Shown here: piece after piece, positions 58,786-64,000 of the stretch
How the letters are laid out: each line of letters begins with the position of its first letter
Position numbering within the stretch: the stretch's first letter is position 1
From: a virus
Virus record (IMG/VR): IMGVR_UViG_3300049617_000207
Coordinates: 32,015-96,014 of that record
Strand: one strand, 5' to 3'
DNA length: 64,000 bases
The notes under the pieces: model-generated
Database searches by the model: none
What the model was told of the DNA's origin: nothing
What the model saw: the letters and a program-made list of their open reading frames with translations, nothing else
Program-made: the position numbers and the translations under genes

Positions 58786-59489
58786 TAAAAATCGAGTTCT
58801 TCCACCGTTGGGACGACGGCGTTACGCCACTCCTTATAGGCCGCCCACAGAGGGTAGACTTCGCCTTCGAGCACGTAGGGATCGCGTGTCGTGAGCCACT
58901 CCGGCGACCGCAGCGCGGGCCACTTCTCGGGCGTTGCGATGTTTTGCTTGAGCGCGGCGACCTGCGGCGACCGCTCGGAGAGATACCCAAAGCACGCCTT
59001 CTGTAATTCGCCGATAAGCGTCCACGTTTGGTCGGCCACCTTGAGCTTCCCGAGCGTACTGTCCGCAGCGTCGGCGAGCGTGGTCCCGGCGAAGGCCGTT
59101 ACCTCGATCATCTCCTGTTGGCGCGGGATACGCATGACGAAGAGCTTGTGCCTGATCGGCCCGAGGATCGTGATGGGGCCGTGTGTTTTGTTATCGAGGA
59201 ACGCGACGACCTTCGCCATGATGTGCGCCGGGGTGAGGTCGCCCGGCGCCTCGACACTCTCGGTCACTTTGACAGCGCCGGAGCCCGTCGCAATCGCGCG
59301 GTCGACGGCCGCTTCGACCCGGTCGGTGGCGCCCGCCACCGTCTCCATGAATTCGCGGATCGCCGCGGGCTCGGGCACGCCGTCGCCGCGGATTTTCGGC
59401 TTCTCCCCACCGGGTATACGCGCGTCGCGGGCTTCCTCGGGGAGCGGGGCGGCGTAGGGCGAGCTTGGGCGTTCGGTGTCGTTGGGCAT
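58767..59489 (-). CDS. tail assembly chaperone (gpG-like)
   Basis: Position between tube and tape measure; slippery end. Confidence 0.65.
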   Translation of the reverse strand: MPNDTERPSSPYAAPLPEEARDARIPGGEKPKIRGDGVPEPAAIREFMETVAGATDRVEAAVDRAIATGSGAVKVTESVEAPGDLTPAHIMAKVVAFLDNKTHGPITILGPIRHKLFVMRIPRQQEMIEVTAFAGTTLADAADSTLGKLKVADQTWTLIGELQKACFGYLSERSPQVAALKQNIATPEKWPALRSPEWLTTRDPYVLEGEVYPLWAAYKEWRNAVVPTVEELDFYWANQE

Positions 59490-59537
59490 AGGGTGCCTTC
59501 CGTGGCGAGGTGCCCTAGTGTTCGGCTTCTGTGCGCG

Positions 59538-59732
59538 CTATCCCGCGAAGAAGTGCGGTCGGCCGAACAAGAGCACGAGCACGAGGATGAAGAGCACGAC
59601 GCCGATGATCGGGTAGCCCGACCTGCCGCCAACCGAGCGCCACGGTGCGGTCGCGCCGCCGAAGAACCACCCGAGCACCCACAGGATGATGACGAGCCAA
59701 ACGATGTCGACGAGGAGCGAGTAAAGTGACAT
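59538..59732 (-). CDS. small two-TM membrane protein (DUF3309-like)
   Basis: GGAGG RBS; PW...GY..IG..LFIL.L.LLFG. Confidence 0.65.
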   Translation of the reverse strand: MSLYSLLVDIVWLVIILWVLGWFFGGATAPWRSVGGRSGYPIIGVVLFILVLVLLFGRPHFFAG

Positions 59733-59761
59733 GAGACGCCCTCCGTGGCGATGCGAGTTAT

Positions 59762-60580
59762 CTACGCCTTCGCGGCGCGCGCCATAGACGCCCGCTTGGC
59801 TTTGCGGCGCTCGGCCAAGACTTCTCGGTGCGTCTCGCGGTATCGCGCGTCCGCGGCTGCGAGGCGCTCGGGGTGCGCCGCCTGCCATGCGCGGGTGGTG
59901 GCCGTGACGCGCGCGCGATTGCGATTGTCCCATGCGCGCTTCGCAGCGATGTTCGCGGGCGCTGCGTTCGAGGCTGCACGGTTGGCTTTGAAGCACGGCT
60001 TGCATTTGCCGGTGTCCGGCCGCGGGTGCAAGCCGTTGCGGCAGAGTTGCGGCTTTGTGAGGTTGTCGAAGAGCGATGCCTGCGCGCCTGGGGCGATGTC
60101 CGCTTGTTTTTTCGAGTTGCAGGATCGGCACATTGGCTGCAGGTTGAAGGCATAGTCCGTACCGCCACGGGCGAGCGGGATGATGTGGTCCTTCGTGAGC
60201 CGCTGCTTTTGATCGCCGCACCAGGCGCAACGATGATTGGCTTTAACGAGGATCGCCTTCCACTCGGCCGCGTTGTGCGTTCCGTCGCACTTTCGTTTAC
60301 GTGCGCGGCGGCGTGAATTGCGTGCGCGGAGACTCTCGGGGTTCGCTTCACGCCAGCGTTTGGCAGTCGCCTTGACCGCCTTGGGATTCGCAGCGTCCCA
60401 TGCTTTCCGGGTAGCCGTGTTTCGCCGCGCGCTCTCGCGACGAAGTTTGCGCTGCTGATCGGGATGAGCCTCGCTCCACTTTTTTCTAGCGAGTTTGAGG
60501 CACTCGTTGCAACTTTTAGAGCCCTCGATCCACGGATGCAGCCGTTTCGCGCAAAGAAAAAGGTCGGTACGCTTCGTCAT
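59762..60580 (-). CDS. free-standing HNH endonuclease
   Basis: CAWCG...TKDHIIPLARGG.D...NL...C.SCNSKK. Confidence 0.9.
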   Translation of the reverse strand: MTKRTDLFLCAKRLHPWIEGSKSCNECLKLARKKWSEAHPDQQRKLRRESARRNTATRKAWDAANPKAVKATAKRWREANPESLRARNSRRRARKRKCDGTHNAAEWKAILVKANHRCAWCGDQKQRLTKDHIIPLARGGTDYAFNLQPMCRSCNSKKQADIAPGAQASLFDNLTKPQLCRNGLHPRPDTGKCKPCFKANRAASNAAPANIAAKRAWDNRNRARVTATTRAWQAAHPERLAAADARYRETHREVLAERRKAKRASMARAAKA

Positions 60581-60631
60581 ACCTACCCCGTTCGGGCGGC
60601 CTCTGGGCGCGTCCTCTATCCACCTGGCGGC

Positions 60632-61177
60632 CTACTCGGACCAGCGAAAAAAGCCGGAGCAATCCTCCATGATCGTGACGGAGTCGATTTCGTAGGACTT
60701 GCGCACGGAGGTCAGCACGCAGTCGTGCCGCACCGCGACCGCAACGCCGGACGCGTTGGCCTCGATGATGTTGAAGTAGAAGCTCGTGAAGTCGGCGCTC
60801 TGCAGGTATTGGCCGACCACCGGCCGCACGGTGCCGCCGAGCGCGTCGTCGATAGTCTGCCCGTACAGGAACGCCTTGTTAATGGTGAACGTGCCTTCGT
60901 AGACGCCCGGCAGGAGTGCGACGTCGACGGCGCTGCCGATGGCCTTGACGCGTTGCGTGTTGAATTGCTCGTCCACGCTCATCGTCTTGATGAGTCCTTG
61001 CACGATGCCGTTCATGACCAGGATGAGGTTGAGCGCGGTGGTCGTGAGCGCGGCGTTCCCGGCGATAGCAGCCCCGAACGCGCCTGCGACTTGCGCGGAG
61101 CCCGTGTTCGCGGAAATGCTATTCTGCAGGCCCGCGAATCCGCCGACGCTAGAGAGAGGTGGAACCGAGACAGACAT
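60632..61177 (-). CDS. tail tube protein
   Basis: Directly follows the sheath; beta-rich, 181 aa. Confidence 0.8.
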   Translation of the reverse strand: MSVSVPPLSSVGGFAGLQNSISANTGSAQVAGAFGAAIAGNAALTTTALNLILVMNGIVQGLIKTMSVDEQFNTQRVKAIGSAVDVALLPGVYEGTFTINKAFLYGQTIDDALGGTVRPVVGQYLQSADFTSFYFNIIEANASGVAVAVRHDCVLTSVRKSYEIDSVTIMEDCSGFFRWSE

Positions 61178-61202
61178 CCGTGGTCTCCTATGCGTCCGTG
61201 CG

Positions 61203-62786
61203 TTAGCCGCTTACCGTGCCGCCGAGCGACACGGAGGCGGAGTAGGGCAGCAGGTTTTGCGTCACGCCGAGATGGTTGAGCGGCAGCGTCGGCGCCATGT
61301 CGTAGGAGACGATGTCGTCCATGCCGGTCGCGCCGGTCGTGTAAATCGTGATCGAGGCGGAGTCGAACGCGGTGATCCACGAGTCGAGCAGCGCGTCTTC
61401 GAGCACGTCGCGGATGTCCGCGAGAATCGAGAGCATCGTTGCGTTCGTGTTGCCGCCGCCGATGGATTTGGGCGGCCCGAGCACCTTGGCTTTCACGTTT
61501 GCGAGCACGGCGTCGCTGACGCGCACGACGGAGAATTCCGAGAAAATCCACGGATCGCCGTTGCCGTCGGTCGGCGCGGTCGTGAGCGATTGCACGATCC
61601 GCACGCGGGCGTTCTTGCCCGTGCCGATTTGATCGAGCACGCACACGCCCGCGATAACGGCGTTGTCGCGGTCGCCCGTGGTCGAGAGCACCTCGTAGTC
61701 GACGCCGGTCGCGCCGGGGATGATTTCAAAGGTGAGCGGCGAGGCCGGTCCCCACGGGCCGGTGGCGCCGATAAGGGCGGCCATGCCGCAGATGAACGGC
61801 GCGACGTCCACGAGTTGCGTGAGCCCGGTCTTCGGATTCGCGTAGGCGATGCGCTGGCAGAAGACGCTCGACCGGATCGAGTCGAGCGCGTTTGCGGCGG
61901 CGATGCCACCGTTCACCGTCGCAAGCGAATTCTGCACGAGCGTCTGCGCGGGGATCGCCGAGCCGCGCGTTTGGTGAATGAAGCGGCGCAAGTTGCCGTA
62001 CGCGGACACGAGTGCCGCCTGCGCGTCGGCGTAGACCTGCGAGGGCGCGTCGTACACCTCGACGAGATGGCCGATGTCGAAGGGCGTGGTGAGCGCGCCG
62101 TCGACCGCGGTCTTCACGTCGGCAAACGCGATGTCTTGATTCCCGCCGCCGTGGCCGCCCGCGAGGTTCGTGACCGGCATGATCGTGGGCAGGCCGTCCG
62201 TCGCGACGGTGAGCGTGAGGAGCGGTGGGAAGCCGGTCGTGAGCGGCGGCGTCATGAGCGTGTTGCGTGCCATGACGGCTTGCAGTTGCGAGAAGAGCTT
62301 AATGTTATCGAACGCCGTACCGACGCCGCCGAGATACACGACGTTGCCGTTTTGATCCACGTAGGAGAAGAGAAACGCGACGGAGTCCGGCGCGGTGCCC
62401 GCGACGATTTCGACGGTGATTTGGTTGTTCCAATCGCCTTGATCGCCCGAGGTGAGCGTTGCGGCTGCTTCCGCGGCGCCCGCGAGGGCGAGGGTCGCAG
62501 GGGTCTTCGCGCCCATGACGACGGCGACGAACCCGCTCGCGCCACCGATGGCGCCCGCGCGGTTGAGCGCGTCCAGGAGCGGCCCCGCGCGCAGGAGGCG
62601 TGCGGCGACGTTGAGGTCCTGAAACTGATAGACGGTGCCGTTTCCCGCGCCACCGTCTGCCGCACCGAAAAACGCGAGCACGCCGAACGGGAGAAGCTCG
62701 AAGACGATTGAGGCGTCGATGTTCGTCTCGACGAGCACGCCGGGCGCGACGATGGTGCGCCCGGCAAAGGAAAAAGTATCCGCCAT
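61203..62786 (-). CDS. tail sheath protein
   Basis: PGV..E, G.WNN.I.V, SPLTF, RIVQSLTT, SVVRV.D. Confidence 0.9.
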   Translation of the reverse strand: MADTFSFAGRTIVAPGVLVETNIDASIVFELLPFGVLAFFGAADGGAGNGTVYQFQDLNVAARLLRAGPLLDALNRAGAIGGASGFVAVVMGAKTPATLALAGAAEAAATLTSGDQGDWNNQITVEIVAGTAPDSVAFLFSYVDQNGNVVYLGGVGTAFDNIKLFSQLQAVMARNTLMTPPLTTGFPPLLTLTVATDGLPTIMPVTNLAGGHGGGNQDIAFADVKTAVDGALTTPFDIGHLVEVYDAPSQVYADAQAALVSAYGNLRRFIHQTRGSAIPAQTLVQNSLATVNGGIAAANALDSIRSSVFCQRIAYANPKTGLTQLVDVAPFICGMAALIGATGPWGPASPLTFEIIPGATGVDYEVLSTTGDRDNAVIAGVCVLDQIGTGKNARVRIVQSLTTAPTDGNGDPWIFSEFSVVRVSDAVLANVKAKVLGPPKSIGGGNTNATMLSILADIRDVLEDALLDSWITAFDSASITIYTTGATGMDDIVSYDMAPTLPLNHLGVTQNLLPYSASVSLGGTVSG

Positions 62787-62787
62787 G

Positions 62788-63027
62788 TTATGCGCTCTCC
62801 TGCGGCGTGAGTAAATCGGCGACGGCCTTCTGTAGCTCGTCGCGTGTGAACGTCGCCGTGTGGTAGTCGCGCTTACGCACGCCGAGGTGCGCGGCGACCG
62901 CATGCGCGAGCGGGATTTCGTTCTTGGCTTTCATCTCATGGACGAAGCGCGAGAACGCGATTTTCCCGGCCGGTGGCGCAGCCGCGTTAGAAGGCGGGGC
63001 ATCCTGCCCAATGTCGTCCGCATCCAT
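62788..63027 (-). CDS. small hypothetical virion protein
   Basis: GAGGAG RBS; precedes the sheath. Confidence 0.6.
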   Translation of the reverse strand: MDADDIGQDAPPSNAAAPPAGKIAFSRFVHEMKAKNEIPLAHAVAAHLGVRKRDYHTATFTRDELQKAVADLLTPQESA

Positions 63028-63082
63028 GCGATGTCTCTCCTCGTTTCGGTCTCGGGTTACGGTGTTGGACGGCGCGTAAAGT

Positions 63083-63928
63083 CTAGCCTGGCGGATCGGC
63101 CGTCGTTGCAAACGTCACGGTCTGCGCGGTACTCGGCTCGACGGCCGCGGCATCGGCAAGGGTGCTGCGTACCGCGATGAGCGACGCGAGCGTGTCGATG
63201 CCCGCGAGAAAGTCTAGGTGCTTCGCCTCGTACGACATTTGCCACTCGTACAAAAACTTCGGGCCGCCGTCGAAGTCGAGGATGCCCGTTTGCATCGCGG
63301 CCGACGTGCGGATCGGCGGATTGAGGTAGCCGAGGTCGGCGAAGGTTTGCTCGGCTGCAAAGAGAGCGGTTTTAATGAAGTAGTACGTTTGCTTGCCGAG
63401 GTTGCGGTTGAGGCAATAGACTGACAGGTCGAGCCCGACGTTGCTCGCCTGGTTTTTGAGCGTCACGTGCTGGCCCGCTTCGAGGATCGGCGCGACGATA
63501 GGGGGGATCGGGGGCGTTGCGTTCGGGTCGCCGGGGATGCCGTCGGCGACGATAGGGTTTGGGAGTGTGAAGCGCCCGGTTAGCTCGCCGAGTGATTCGC
63601 GCGAGGCGGCGTCGGAGGAGAGGCAGAGCGTGATGACCGGCACGATAGCGCCCGCGGCGCTGCGCAGTTGCGAGGGCTCGAAGGCGCCGTTGAGGATGAT
63701 CGGGATGTCGGTAAGGTTGTAGTACGCGAAGATCGCCTGCAGCACGCTTTGCATGTCGACCTCGAAGTCGCGCGGCATCGTCCAGACGGTCGTGACCAGG
63801 CCCGGCCCGGCGTTATCGTTGGCCGCGGTGAAGTCGTTGTTCGGCACCTCGGGCACGACGCCGATGCGGACGGCCGTGTAGCCGGGGGGGATCGGCGGGA
63901 CGGAGTAGGGCGGCTCGATGACGCTCAT
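63083..63928 (-). CDS. tail completion/terminator-like protein
   Basis: Position upstream of the sheath; 281 aa. Confidence 0.55.
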   Translation of the reverse strand: MSVIEPPYSVPPIPPGYTAVRIGVVPEVPNNDFTAANDNAGPGLVTTVWTMPRDFEVDMQSVLQAIFAYYNLTDIPIILNGAFEPSQLRSAAGAIVPVITLCLSSDAASRESLGELTGRFTLPNPIVADGIPGDPNATPPIPPIVAPILEAGQHVTLKNQASNVGLDLSVYCLNRNLGKQTYYFIKTALFAAEQTFADLGYLNPPIRTSAAMQTGILDFDGGPKFLYEWQMSYEAKHLDFLAGIDTLASLIAVRSTLADAAAVEPSTAQTVTFATTADPPG

Positions 63929-64000
63929 TGGCCGCTTTCGATGAAGTGCGCGAACGCCTTTTCGATAGCGTCTTTAAGGAGCGGTGCGGTGTACGCGGCG

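Noticed and set aside
60939-62711. Long antisense ORFs opposite structural genes (also 45640-46569, 51355-52506, 43727-44575)
   Set aside because: Expected shadows of GC3-rich coding on the other strand; no recognisable motifs.

Overview
This is 64 kb of a GC-rich tailed-phage genome with a contractile tail, probably temperate or a phage-plasmid. Most genes are on the minus strand. Reading that strand from the right end: a tail module (completion protein, sheath, tube, HNH insertion, frameshifted assembly chaperone, tape measure, hub, spike, LamG/fibre proteins, baseplate J/W/I; ~42-64 kb); an accessory region of small genes driven by a repeated promoter (~36-42 kb); a replication/recombination block (primase-helicase, DUF1376 initiator, ERF, SF2 helicase, DHH, ParB-like, SSB; ~23-36 kb); a second accessory region with two TnpB-type elements (~15-23 kb); a ParA/RHH partition cassette with 8-bp phased repeats (~13-15 kb); and the small and large terminase plus a DNA methyltransferase (~3-12 kb). 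The standout is a catalytically intact, transposase-less TnpB cassette (21790-23137) inserted in a small gene. It carries a heavily recoded replacement of that gene's last 29 codons, while the original 3' end sits directly after the predicted omegaRNA, where it would form the guide. This is the layout of a natural RNA-guided gene drive or homing element. Other points of interest: a 264-bp mini-IS605 omegaRNA cassette, about 14 copies of a sigma70-type promoter with a positioned GG(T/G)GC(A/C)CC box, and two candidate structured RNAs. All product calls come from motifs read by eye; no database search was run.
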